Below, piece by piece: positions 38,262-50,900 of a stretch of 64,000 bases of DNA. The stretch spans positions 119,226,001 to 119,290,000 of the forward strand of contig OZ024744.1 in assembly GCA_964016885.1 (NCBI GenBank). The letters run 5' to 3'. The stretch's first letter is position 1; every line of letters starts with the position of its first letter. The DNA is from Eledone cirrhosa. Its lineage: Eukaryota. The notes under the pieces are model-generated. The model did not search any database. It was not told where the DNA came from and saw only the letters and a list, made by a program, of their open reading frames with translations. A program made the position numbers and the translations under genes.

Positions 38262-38861
38262 AGTCTACTGCAAAGAGACTCACAGCAGCAACACCACCAA
38301 CACCATCACCACCCACACTAGCACCACCATAACTACCGGCGACAACCCCCACCGCCAACAACAACAACACCTTCAACACCACCACCACAAGCACCAACAT
38401 CGTAAACACAACAACAAAACACACACACCCAGCAAAAACGACAAGAAAATAGCAGAACCACACCCCACCCCCATAAAAACAAATGCACGGCAATAAATAC
38501 ACACAACAAGAAACTAATGACTTACATAATTGAACACACAGACATTTCACAACGCGACTACATAATACCAGCACCAATCAAAACGCCAACTAACATAAGA
38601 CTGCTAAAAATAGCACAGAAACAATACACAAACATTAAAACGAAATTCCCCAACGCAGTTGGTGATTTCAGAGACCTAGGAGGAACTATCAACCGAAGAG
38701 TATATTCGGACATACTCATAGAAGAGCCGATGACCAGCCGAAGGGACGATTCAACGGTCCCTTCACCAGACGATCAAGTGAAAAGGGATGTAAAAAACCA
38801 TCCCTCCTCTACGAAAAGTACGGTAAGTGGTCTTTCCCATCTTTTCCACTCTATTTTAAAC

Positions 38862-41800
38862 ATGACCTCACTCAGAATAGGTAGCATAAATGCGCGTGGC
38901 TTGGGGTCGTCATGGAAGCAGGGTCACCTGCTCAACGACATCAGGTCACTAAACATAGATGTAGTGGCCATCAGCGAGACCAGAATCTCCGAAGCACGGG
39001 CCTTCGCACCGATCTTCGGCGGCTACGATGTGTACGCATCTCCCAGCCGTCCTGGATCGGGGGGAGGAGTTGCTGTGCTTTTTCGGAGAGGTTTGGATCT
39101 CGCCATACGGGCCATCTTCCTGGACCCAGAGGGTAAGTTGGTGGTGCTGGACGTGACCAGCGGAGACGGGCAAGCTTTCAGGCTAGTGGCCGTCTATGCC
39201 CCGACAGGAGCAGGGCGGCCTGATTTCTTCCGGCGTCTGGAGACCTTTCTTGGAACGTCCCGCTCTTTAGTGTTAGTGGGCGACTGGAACGGGATCTTAG
39301 ATGCACGCTGGGACTGTGTGGGATTAGCGGATAGGGGTGGAGGGTGCAAGAGCCTCACCAACCTGCTCAGGCGTTTTGAACTGTCTGACAGGTACCGATT
39401 GGATTTCCCGAATGTGCCAATGTGGACTTGGACAAATCGCATAGGGTCATCCAGATCATATCTAGATAGAGTATTTTGTAGGGAAATAGATAGGTCTAGC
39501 ATAGGCTGTCCACAATTCAAGATAGTCAACTACACGGACCACAAATTCGTGATCTGTGTGCTTGACTTAGATAGGCTTCATAGACGAGGACCCGGCTACT
39601 GGAAGCTAAACGCGTCCTTACCAGCGCGCAAGGCCTACAGAGACCGGATTAGCGAACTAGTTAAGCGGGCGTTGACGGGGGCCATCGTCAACAACAAGTG
39701 GTGGTTTGCTCTGAAAAGAGCGATTAGAATAGAATCCATTAGGTTTAGTAAGGCTTTAGCAATAGAGAAAAATAGAGCAGAGGGAGAACTAGTTAGAAAA
39801 TTAGACGAGGCGCTTAGCAAAGGCATTGCGACCGACGTGCTTGCGGCGAAATTGGCCCTTGACCAATTCTTCAGTGCAAAGCACGAAGGCTGCGTTGTCA
39901 GAGCAAGGGTGCGTGCTCTCAGACACGAGGGGACGAAAGCCGTTCAATGGGCCCGAGTGGCGGAGGCGCGTCGTGGCAACAAAGCCACGATCCGGTCTTT
40001 GGTGGACCACGACGGGCACATGCTACTCGATCCCGGGCAAATGTGTGAAGCTTTTCAGCGACACTTCGCTCAGCTGTTCGGGGGTAGCGGTGGGCCGGGT
40101 CGAGGGATGGACTTTAGTGTCTACCTCGACGGACTGCCGCGGCTCTCGGCCACTGAGGCGAAGTGTTGCGAAAAGCCGATAACAGCCGCTGAAGTAAGGG
40201 AGGCAATGACTGGCTGCACATGGGTAAATCGCCTGGATGGTCTGCCCTATGAACTTTACGTACAGATGCCAGACTTGTTCGGAGGCCTCTTGGCAGACGT
40301 CTACTGCAACTGGCAACAGAACGGGAGAATTCCCAGTTCTGTGAGCCGAGGAGCGGTGGCACTGCTGAGAAAGGATCCGAACAAGGGGGATAACATAGAT
40401 AATTTCCGGCCCATAAATCTGCTAAACACAGAGTTCGAGATTTTGGCCAAGGTGCTAGCAAAGAGGTTGGCGCTTGTCGTTGGTGGACTGGTGGGAGAGG
40501 CGCAGACATGTGCCATTCCCGACAGATCCATCCACGACAACTTCCACCTCGTGCGATACATCGTAGAGAGGGTAGCTAGGGAACCTGGCACGGGTGGGTC
40601 CTTGATCAATTTAGATCAGTCGAAAGCTTTCGATAGGGTCGACCATCGTTACCTAGCGGCAGTCCTGAGGGCGGCTGGCTTTGGGCCCGTCTTCAGAGGC
40701 TGGATCGCTGCCATGCACAGCGACATCTGCTCTGTGGTGAGAGTGAACGGTCACCTGTCGGAACCGTTCAACATCATGCGCTCGGTCCGCCAAGGATGTC
40801 CCCTCTCGTCCCTCTTGTACGTATTGACTCTCGAGCCATTACTATACAAACTGGAGACGTTGAGGGGCATCCCGCGCGAACTAGGATGCGGAAGATCCGT
40901 GTCAGCATATGCGGACGATGACACCGTAGTGGTATCAAACGCCAAACACATCGAGGCGATCGGCACTACACTAAGAGAATACGAAGCGGTGACAGGAGCA
41001 ATGATCAACCAGGAAAAGTCAGTGGGCCTGCAGCTCGGCACCTGGAGAGGCAGGTCCATGCCGTCCAACAGCGTCGTCGGACGCTGGACGGACGGACCGG
41101 TTAAATTGATAGGGGTCTGGTTCGGTCCGGACCTCCAGACGGACAAAAACTGGGACGAGGTGACGAGCAGGGTGGCTTCTCTCACCCAGAAATGGGCGGA
41201 GAGGAAGCTATCCCTGAAAGGTCGAGCGGAGGTGGCTAACGCGTACATCGCGTCTGTCATCTGCTACCGCCTGACCGTCGTACCTTGTCCTAAGCCTCGC
41301 CTGACTGCGCTGGGGCGTTTGCTCTTTCGCTTTTTGTGGAAGGGACGCGCTCCGATGGTCAGGCGGTCCATCTGTTGTCAACACCCGCTACGTGGAGGGC
41401 TGGGCATGCCGTGGCTGATGATGCGCAGGCACGCGCTCAGGTTACGACATCTCCACCTCTTCCTCGACGGTGATCAGGTGTGGTCGCCGTTTGCTAGACG
41501 CGTATTTCCCCAGCTCGTTTCCTTGACGGAGCTGCAGTCCTGGGTCAAGCGAAGACCGAGAGGGAGCGCCTGGAGACTGGAATGTCTTCAGGCGCTCACA
41601 GCCCTCGACTAATCGGGCAATGTGATCGGTGGAAACTCCACCTCGGCGTTCTATAGAGGATTAGGGGAGGGGAAGAGCGACGACGTACTTGGGGAAACTC
41701 TAGGCGTCGACGAAAATCAACTAGCCAATCTCTTCGGAAGAACTTTCGGGCCACGGCCTATGGACAACTTCCAGAAATCTCTGGCCTGGCAGTGCTACCG

Positions 41801-42275
41801 AGGAGCCTTGCCAGTTCGGGATAAACTCTACAGGCATGGATGTGCCGTCAGCCGGGCATGTCCGAGATGCGCGCAGGGCGACGAAACCGTCCTGCACGCA
41901 CTCGTCCAGTGTCCGAAAATTGCTGACTTGTGGGTTTATGTCGAACACCTGCTGTCGCGTTTAGGACGGATCCGGCTATCATCTGAGTCCATCGTGAGGA
42001 TTGCCCCGCCCTCCTCCTTTAGCCGGGAAGGGCAGGCAGTTTTTATCTGTCTGGTGGCCATGGCGAAAGAGATAGTATGGTGGACACGTTTGAAAGGGCT
42101 GAAGACGAGCACTTACCTCTTCGGTGATGCTCTGATTGACTTTTTCAAATTTCATTTGAAAAGGAAAATCAGAGTAGAGAAGGAAGTGCTCTCTTCCCAG
42201 CATTTTGTTGAAAGATGGGTGAGAGAAGCAAGAATGGCCCGAGTGAATGGGCCTACTCTGAGTATATATCTGTAA
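38862..42275 (+). pseudogene. Element 1 ORF2 (APE endonuclease, RT, CCHC finger); one in-frame stop at 41610-41612
   Basis: IGSINARGL, ISETR, GDWN, SYLDR, TDHK, GPGYWKLN, DQSKAFDRV, RQGCPLS, YADD, GGLGMP, CPRC…ETVLHALVQC; ORF 41622-42275 continues in the same frame. Confidence 0.93.
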
Positions 42276-42549
42276 ATTAAAGGTGGAAAACTGGGAGAGG
42301 GCACTTGCCTTGGTGGTCAGGGTCATTGTGGCTTTTTACTGGGCTTTCTCCACAAATGTCCCTCCGAAGTCTCCCCCCTATTGGGGAATTTTTCAATGTT
42401 ATTTTTTGTTACATCCTCTGTTTTTGTTTTTTACACGCAGAAATGCCCATTTGTACCGTCCTGTATTGTCCTGCACTGTCCTTAATGTCTACTTTATGTA
42501 AACCCTTGTGGTTAATAAAGAAATCATTATTATTATTATTATTATTATT

Positions 42550-45500
42550 GGTCGTTGAAGCGAATGGACGTACTATCGTGAGCTGGTAAGTTTGTTTTGT
42601 TCAACGGTTTGAAATACGTTTGTCATTAATATTTTTGTTTCAAACGGGAAATAAGACTTTAGTCTTTGCCCCCAAGAAAGGACTCCCCATAATATTTAAA
42701 CTTTGTGTGTTTAAAAGAAAATGTTTCTAAAAAAACAAAAAAAAACATGGCGGAGGCACGCCCCCCCCCCCCCCACACACACACACACACAACTTTGAGT
42801 TTGCAGTCTTGCAACAGCGAGTCAAACTTTGAGGTTAATAACGCTGCCCCTCCCACAACAATTTTAAAATGTAACAACACATCAGTGAGAACAAAAATGA
42901 CAACAGCAGCACCAGCGACATTACCAAAGACAGTAAAAAAAACAGTCGTGAACAAGAACGACAACAGCACCAGCAACAACGACAGCAAAACCATCAACAA
43001 CTGCAATAATGACAACAACACCAACAACAGAAAGAACGACAACAAAGACAACAATATCAACAACAGTGTCAACCACAACAACAGCAACAATAACAATAAC
43101 AATAGCAGCAGCAACAATATCAACGAAAACAACAACGAAATTAACACCACTAACCAGAACATAAACAGCGACAACACCAACAGCAACAATACCAACTGCA
43201 CCGAAATCAACAACAATGGCGGCACCAAAGATATAACCAACTGCAACAATGATAACAGCAACTACACCAACAAAAACAACGACAACAACAACATCACCAA
43301 CGACAAGAAGAAGAACACTTTCGCTGTGGCAGCAGCCAAAAAGAGGCCATGTTTCAGCATGGACCTCTCGAATAAAGATGAAAAGTTGGCCCAGGCCTGG
43401 AAGCTCATCAAGCAAGAGCAAACCTGGGCCAACTTAACTGTCCCAGTAGAAGCTATTGAAGCAGTGGAGCGTAGAACGGTGCATTACAGATGCATCTCAG
43501 CAGAAACCAAGAGGGCAGCTTTAATTGCACAGGCAGATGTTGAAGCTGCGCTGAGGTGCATCAGGGATGACACCGACTACATAGCGAGAGGCAGACAATA
43601 CAGCATCATTTTGGTGCTGTTTAAGTCAGAAACCATCGCTATGAAACATGCTATAACCTCTTGCAAAACCAGCAACGTCATAATCTACCCCTCCCACGTG
43701 GGAAAACAAACAGCTCATCTCCGCATTCCCGGGATCCCACCAGAACTTGACATGTGGTGGCTTCTGGGATGTGTGATTGTGGAGAGGACGGGTACCGTCC
43801 CGAGAGAAGTAACAAGAACTGCCAGAAAGGTCTGGTCCGGGGTTGACCTGGAGATACTTCTCCAGATCAGGCCGGAGAATGTCAAAACAATCCCGGACCA
43901 CATCTGTCTTCAGAACGGGACAGTAATACACATCATGACTGACGGTAAAAGGCCGCATTGTTTCATTTGTGGGGAAAAAAACCATTTGCGAGCCTTCTTC
44001 CCTTAACTGCTGAAAGATGCAAGGGGTCGACGGGCTCCACTGCTGTCCATGCAGAGACGAGGACCACAACCAACACCAGCACTGGCAAAATCTCCAGTAG
44101 AAAGACCACCCAGGGGGAAACGAGGAAAGTTGTCAAATTCCCCCTCCCCCCAAAATACACACATCAATAAAAACATAAACACACACAGAGACACACTCAG
44201 AGGCACAGACCCCTCATCTACCAGCAGTGAAGATGAGGGAAAACCAAAATCCCCAAAAATACAAAAAAGGAAACACAAAAAGAAAAAAAAGTCAACAAAG
44301 CACAAAACCACCACCCACGCAAACATCTCCCCAACAACAACATCAACACCACCATCACCATCACCAGAATCACCCAAACACAAACAACCTAAACAGACGC
44401 AAGAACAAATACACACACAAACATCTGAAACCACAGACACCACACTCACAACAAACACAGACACAACTGAAACAACACCATCAAAACCATCACCACCACA
44501 ACCACAAATAAAACCACCCCAACAAAACATACAAAACTTTGTGCTCGTCAGGAGGGCCAACAAGGAATTGATGGCCCTCATAGCACGAAGTGAAGAAATA
44601 CAAAAAGAGGGCGGAATTTTTAAATCAAACACATTTGCTTCTGGTGCGAATGTCACTCGATTTCTACAAAAGGATACGAGACAGCTTTCCTCGGGACGTA
44701 GGAACCCCAAACGTAAAACCCACTTCAAGACTTTTAAAGGGGTTCCCAAAAGAAACCCCACCAACTATAGAGGTCGAACCACCCGACCTTCACAAGAGCC
44801 CAGAAGGTAAGTAAACCCTTCATCTTTCTTTTAGCCTGCCAACATGGCCATATTAAGAGTAGGAAGTTTAAATGTTCGAGGCGTGGGATCACCCTGGAAG
44901 CAGGGTCACCTGCTCAACGACCTCAGGTCTCTAGAAATGGATGTAATTGCCGTCAGTGAGACCAGGATTTCCGACACGCACACACTAGCCCCCATTTTCG
45001 ACGACTATCAGATCTTCACATCTGTTAGTCGACAGGGAATGGAAGGTGGGGTGGCATTGCTGTTTAGGAAAGGCCTGGATCCAGAGTTAAGGTCGATCTT
45101 CCGGGACCCGGACGGTTAAGTTGGTGGTCCTGGACGTGAACAATAATGAAGGTGGTGCCTTTAGACTGGTGGCCATCTACGCCCCTACTGGAACAGGACG
45201 GCGGACTTCTTTAGATGCCTGGAAGCCTTTCTGGGTAGGTCTCACCCTTTACTGGAACGGCATCTTAGATGCACGCTGGGACTGTGTGGGAGTATCCGAT
45301 AGGAGCGGGGGGGGTGCAAAAGCCAGTTCCAACTGTCTGACAGGTACCGACTAGATTTCCCTAATGCGCCAGTGTGAACCTGGGCTAACCGCATATATAG
45401 ACAGAATATTCATTAGGAAAATAGACAGAAATAGTGTAAGCTGTCCACGTTTTATAACGGTCGCCTATTCAGATCACAAGTTTGTGATCTGTACGGTCGA

Positions 45501-47999
45501 CCTAGATAAAACGTGTCGGTTAGGACCTAGTTACTGGAAACTGAACATGTCATTTCCGGTACGTAAGGCTTACAGGGATCAGGGTCAACAATTTAGTTAA
45601 GCAAAAGTTGACAGGGGGGATCATCAACAACAGATGGTGGGGGGGGGGGGCTCTCAAAAGAGAGATTAGAGTAACTTCGATAGAGTTCAGCAAAGAAGTA
45701 GCGTTAGAGAAAAATAGAAAGGAGGGGGAGCTGGTAGATAAGTTAGACGAGGATATTTGTAGTGGCATTGCAACTGACGTGCTAGCGGCGAGAATTGCAT
45801 TAGACCATTTCTTCAATGTGAAACACGAAGGTTGCATTGTCAGAGCTAAGGTGCTAGCTCTGAGAAATGAGGGAACCAAATCTGTTCGATGGACCTGCAT
45901 GGCGGAGGCGCAGCGTGATAATAAAACCACAATTCGGTCTTTGGCGGACCGAGACGGACACGAGCTGAGCGATTCCAAGCGGATGTGTGAGGCCTTTCGC
46001 CAACATTTTGCTCGGTTGTTCGGGGGAAGTGGCGGATCAGAGACATTAGCGGACTTCAGTCCCTACCTTGGCGACTTGCCGAAACTCTCGACGGTTGAAC
46101 GCTGCGAAAGGCCGATTACTTCAGCCGAGATTTAGGACGCCCCTGTCGGCTGCATGAGGCGCAAGTCACCCGGTTTGGATGGTCTGCCCTACAAGCTTTA
46201 CGTAAATATGCCAGACTTGTTCTCCGATCTCCTGCAACTGGCAGCAGAATCGGAGTATTCCCAGTTCTGTGAGCAGGGGAGTGGTGACGCTGATTAGGAA
46301 AGACGAGAACAAGAGGGATACATTAGACAACTTCAGGCCCATAACTCTGCTCAGCACAGAGTTTAATATTTTGGCCAAGGTGTTAGCGAAGAGGTTGGGT
46401 GCTTGTCGTCGAGGATTTGGTTGGGGAGGCGCAAACTTATGCAATCCCAACCAGTCCATACGCGACAACCTCCACCTCATGCGATACATCATAGAGAGGG
46501 TTGGGTGTAAACCTGGCTTCGGTGGGGCTCTGATCAATTTAGATCAATCGAAAGCATTCGATAGGGTCGACCATCGGTACCTGGAGGCTGTCCTCCAAAG
46601 CTGGATCGCTGCAATGCACAGCAGCATCTGCTTGATAGTCAAGGTTAATGGCCACCCCTCGGAACCGTTTCAGGTCTCCCGATCGATCCGTCAAGAGTGC
46701 CCTCTCTCCTCCCTTCTGTACGCATTGACTCTCGAGCCTTTACTGCAGAAGCTGGAGCTGTTGCAGGGCATCCCGCTTGAACCGGAACGCGGAAAGGCTG
46801 TGTCGGCTTGTGCGGACGACATCACCGTGACGGTGTCGGACACCTCAGAAATCGAGGTGGTCGGTACCTTATTGAAGGAATATGAAAGGTTGACAGGAGC
46901 CAAACTTAACCCGGAAAAGTCGGTGGGCTTGCAACGCAGCACGTGGAGAGGAAAGCCCATGCTGTCCAACAGCATCGTGGGGCGCTGGACGGACGGATCG
47001 GTAAAGTTGCTCGGGGTTTGGTTCGGACCAGACATCCAGGTGGAAAAGAATTGGGATTGGAATTCGACCCGGGGACGATGGATAATTTCCAAAAATCCCT
47101 CGCTTGGCAGTGCTACCGGGGGACACTGCCGGTTTGAGATAAACTCTACAGGCACGGAAGTGCTGTCAGACGGACCTGCCCAAGATGCGCGCAGAGCGAC
47201 GAAACTGTTCTGCACGCACTCGTCCAGTGTCCGTGCATTACTGACTTGTGGAGTTATGTTGAACAGCTGTTGTCGCGTGTAGAACGGATCCGGCTATCGG
47301 CCGAGTCCATAGTGAAGATTGACCCGCCGCCTTCTTTTGGCCAGGAAGGGCAGGCAATTTTCCTCTGTCTGGTGGCAGTAGCGAAAGAGGTTGTATGGTG
47401 GACGAGGTTGAAAGGACTGAAGACAGACACTTTTCTCTTCGGCCAATGCCTCATCAACTTATTCAAGTTTCATTTGGAAAGGAAGGTGAGGGTGGAGAGA
47501 GAAGTCCAACAGCTGCGCACGGTAACTTACCGCACCGTAAGCAAAATGTCACATCAGGTGGAGAGAGCCTCAGAGGCTCAAATCAAAAAGGCCTTGCGGT
47601 GCGTCTGGGTGCGAAAAACCCACATCACTCGAGGCAAAAAGTACACCCCAGTACATTTGCTGAAAGGTGGGTGAATGTGGTTAGAATGGCCCGTGTGAGT
47701 GGATCTACGCTGATCATGCTCCTGTAGGTGGGTGAAGTTGAGGAAGAGAGGGGTGCCCTTCCCAGGTGCTCTCGAAACGTTGGGTCGTTCAAGATTGGTG
47801 GGGTACCTGAGCGAACCCTGGGTGGTCATCCCCCCCCCTATTGTGGAATTTTTCTTGTATTTTTCTTGTTACTTTGTTATTGTTATTTATACTGTTTACA
47901 TGTTGTATATGTAAACCCCCACTGTCCCTGTCTATTGTGTTGTCCCCTATATGTCGGCCTTTGTGGCCAATAAATGAAATCATTATTATTATTATTATC
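42550..47999 (+). mobile_element. Tx1/L1-type LINE, element 2 (distinct subfamily), decayed, ends in (ATT)n
   Basis: ORF1 from ATG 42747 with Asn-rich tract and CFICGEKNH knuckle; frameshifted ORF2 from 44844 with deletion near 47060; 3' UTR with AATAAA. Confidence 0.9.
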
Positions 48000-50900
48000 G
48001 GTCTGTTCGGACGCTTTTTGCTCGCTCCCAGTAAGTCGCTTTATTTGCCTGTTAAAATTATTTGTTGTTAAATATTTCTTGTTGTGTAAGGGATATAAGC
48101 CCTTAGACTTTGCCCTGTGAAGAGGAAAGTATAATATTTGGGCCTTTTGGCCCAAATATTTGAACATTTTACTTTTAAAAATGATTTGAAAAAAATAAAC
48201 ATGGCTGAAATATAGAGACAGTGCTAGTCACGAAGGAGGAGATGGCAGTCGCAAGAGCCATGGTGTCGAGAAACGGCAATAGAGTTTCCCTGAAACCTCC
48301 ACCCGATTTCTTCAAAGACCAACAGCTGCGCACGGTAACTTACCGCACCGTAAGCAAAATGTCACATCGGGTGGAGAGAGCCTCAGAGGCTCAAATCAAA
48401 AAGGCCTTGGGGTGCGTCTGGGTGCGAAAAACCCACATCACTCGAGGCAAAAAGTACACCACAGTAGACGTACTCCCCCCCCCCCCCCCCCAAGAGGCGA
48501 AGTCTCACTCTTTGGAAACCCTAAAGAGTGAGGAGATAGTCTTAGTGCCCTCCTACTGCAGGCAGAAAATTGTGAGGGTCAAAGTGACCCAGGTCCCGCC
48601 CGACGTGCCCATACCTTGGCTGGCCGCATCTGTACTGGCTGGAATCGAGGAGAAGACCACCATACTGCAAATATAGAGAATGGGAAGAGAGAACTGGTCA
48701 GGAATAGGCATGCAAATGCTAATACAGATTGATCAGGAGTGTATCGAGGCCATCCCAGACATCAAGAAGACCTCGAAGAAGGGCTCCAACTCCCTATAAG
48801 CGTGGTAGGAATGCACCAAAAGTGCTATCTCTGTGGGCAGAAGGGTCACCTCAGGGCCTTCTGCCCGCAGAAGACAGCCAAGAAAAGAGCCCCCCCCCCC
48901 CTCCTTCCGACGCCTGATCTGCTACTGCCAACAGCAGGGCAGGCAACAGAGGCAGAAGACCCTTCCATGGTGAGTAGGAGGTAAACGTCCGTGGCACCCA
49001 TACCAAGGCCATGGACAACTAAAGCAGCAGCAACAGTGGCGGCAACACCAACAGTCGCAGTAGCTACACCAGCGGCAAAATCGCCGGAGCGGGCTCCGCT
49101 ACCACCACCAACAGCAGTGGAGCTCATACCCCTCCCAGACGCCATGGAATCTGACATGGAGTATGAGGCGGGAGGGAAGTGGCAAACAGTCCGCCACAAA
49201 AAACAAAAGAGGAAAAACCCCTTAGCTTCACCCTCCAAAAGTGAAGGCAGACAAAGAGGGGTATAGGCTGCAAGGAGACTTGTAGCAACACCGCCACCAC
49301 AAGCATCACCACCAACAACAACTACACCACCACCAGGATCACCAAAAACACCAACATCCAAACACAACAAGACACACACCAAACAGCAACAAGAAGAAAA
49401 CAGCAACAAAATCACCCCTCCCCCAAAAAGTACACAGCCATAAACATGGCAAAAAAAGAACTCATACAATATATAAAGCAGCACACAGACATTACAGAAA
49501 AAAACTACTACACCCCACCAACACCAAGAACTCTCCCGACAAACATAAGCATCATTGAAATCTTAATAGAAGAGTACAAACCTTTAAAACAAAAATTCCC
49601 CAACGCAGTTGGAGACTTCAGAGGGTCAGTTACCAAGAGGATATACACTGACATCCTCTTGGAAACATCCATGACCAGCCAAAGGGCCGGTTCTACTGTC
49701 CCTTCACCACACGATCAAGGTAAGTGATCCTTTCTCACTTTCCCCGTTTCTCATTCAACATGGCCGTACTCAGAATAGGTAGTATAAATGTACGTGGCCT
49801 GAGGTCATCTTGGAAGCAGGGTCACCTGCTCAACGACCTCAGGTCACTAAACATAGATGTGGTGGCCATCAGCGAGACCAGAATCTCCGAAGCACGAACC
49901 TTCGCACCGATCTTCGGCAGCTACGATGTATACGCATCTCCCAGCCGTCCAGGATCAGGGGGAGGGGTGGCAGTGCTTTTTCAGAAAGGCTTGGACCGAG
50001 AAGTTAAGTTGGTGGTACTGGACGTGACCGGCAGCGGAGGCAATGCTTTCGGGCTAGTAGCCGTCTACGCCCCAACAGGACAGCCAGATTTCTTCAGACG
50101 TCTAGAGACCTTTCTGGGAACGTGCCGCTCTTTAGTGTTAGTGGGTGACTGGAACGGTATCTTGGATGCACACTGGGATTGTGTGGGGCTAGTGGATAGG
50201 CGAGGAGGGTGCAAGAGCCCACCAACCTGCTCAGACGTTTTGAACTGTCTGACAGGTATCGACTTGATCACCCGAATGTACCAATGTGGACATGGACAAA
50301 CCGCATCGTGTCATCCAGATCGTTCTCGATAGGGTATTCTGATAAAGCTAGTATAAGTTGTCCACAATTTAAAATAGTCGACTACACAGACCACAAATTC
50401 GTGATCTGTGAGATCGACATAGACAGACTTCATAGACAAGGACCTGGTTACTGGAAGCTGAACACGTCTTTCCCGGTGCGCAAAGCCTACAGAGACTGGA
50501 TTAGCGTATTAGTTAAGCGGGCGTTGACGCGAGCGATCGTCAACAACAGGTGGTGGTTCGCCCTGAAAAGGGCAATTAAAGTAGAGTCGATTAGGTTTAG
50601 CAAAGGACTAGTGAAGAGGAAAATAGAGTAAAGGGAGGGCTAGTCAGAAATCTAGAAGAGGCGTTTAGGACAGGCATCGCAACCGACGTGCTTGCGGCGA
50701 GATTGGCACTCGACCAATTCTTCAACGCAAAACACGAAGGCTGCCTTGTCAGAGCTAGAGCGCGTGCTCTGAAACACAAGGGGACGAAAGCCGTCCAATG
50801 GGCCCTGGTGGCAGAGGCGCACGTGGCAACAAAGCCACAATTCGGTCTTTGTCTGACCAAAACAGGTGCGTGATGCTCGAACCCGAGCGGATGAGTGAAG

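Larger units (their letters stand above)
37122..42549 (+). mobile_element. Tx1/L1-type LINE, element 1, both ends present, flanked by (ATT)n
   Basis: 5' UTR, ORF1 with internal deletion near 38250, ORF2 APE-RT-CCHC, 3' UTR with AATAAA and (ATT)8. Confidence 0.92.

Noticed and set aside
38517-38861. ORF1-ORF2 in-frame fusion in element 1 (1031-aa ORF)
   Set aside because: Elements 2 and 3 have stops at this boundary and all share AACATG at the ORF2 start; the fusion is probably copy-specific.
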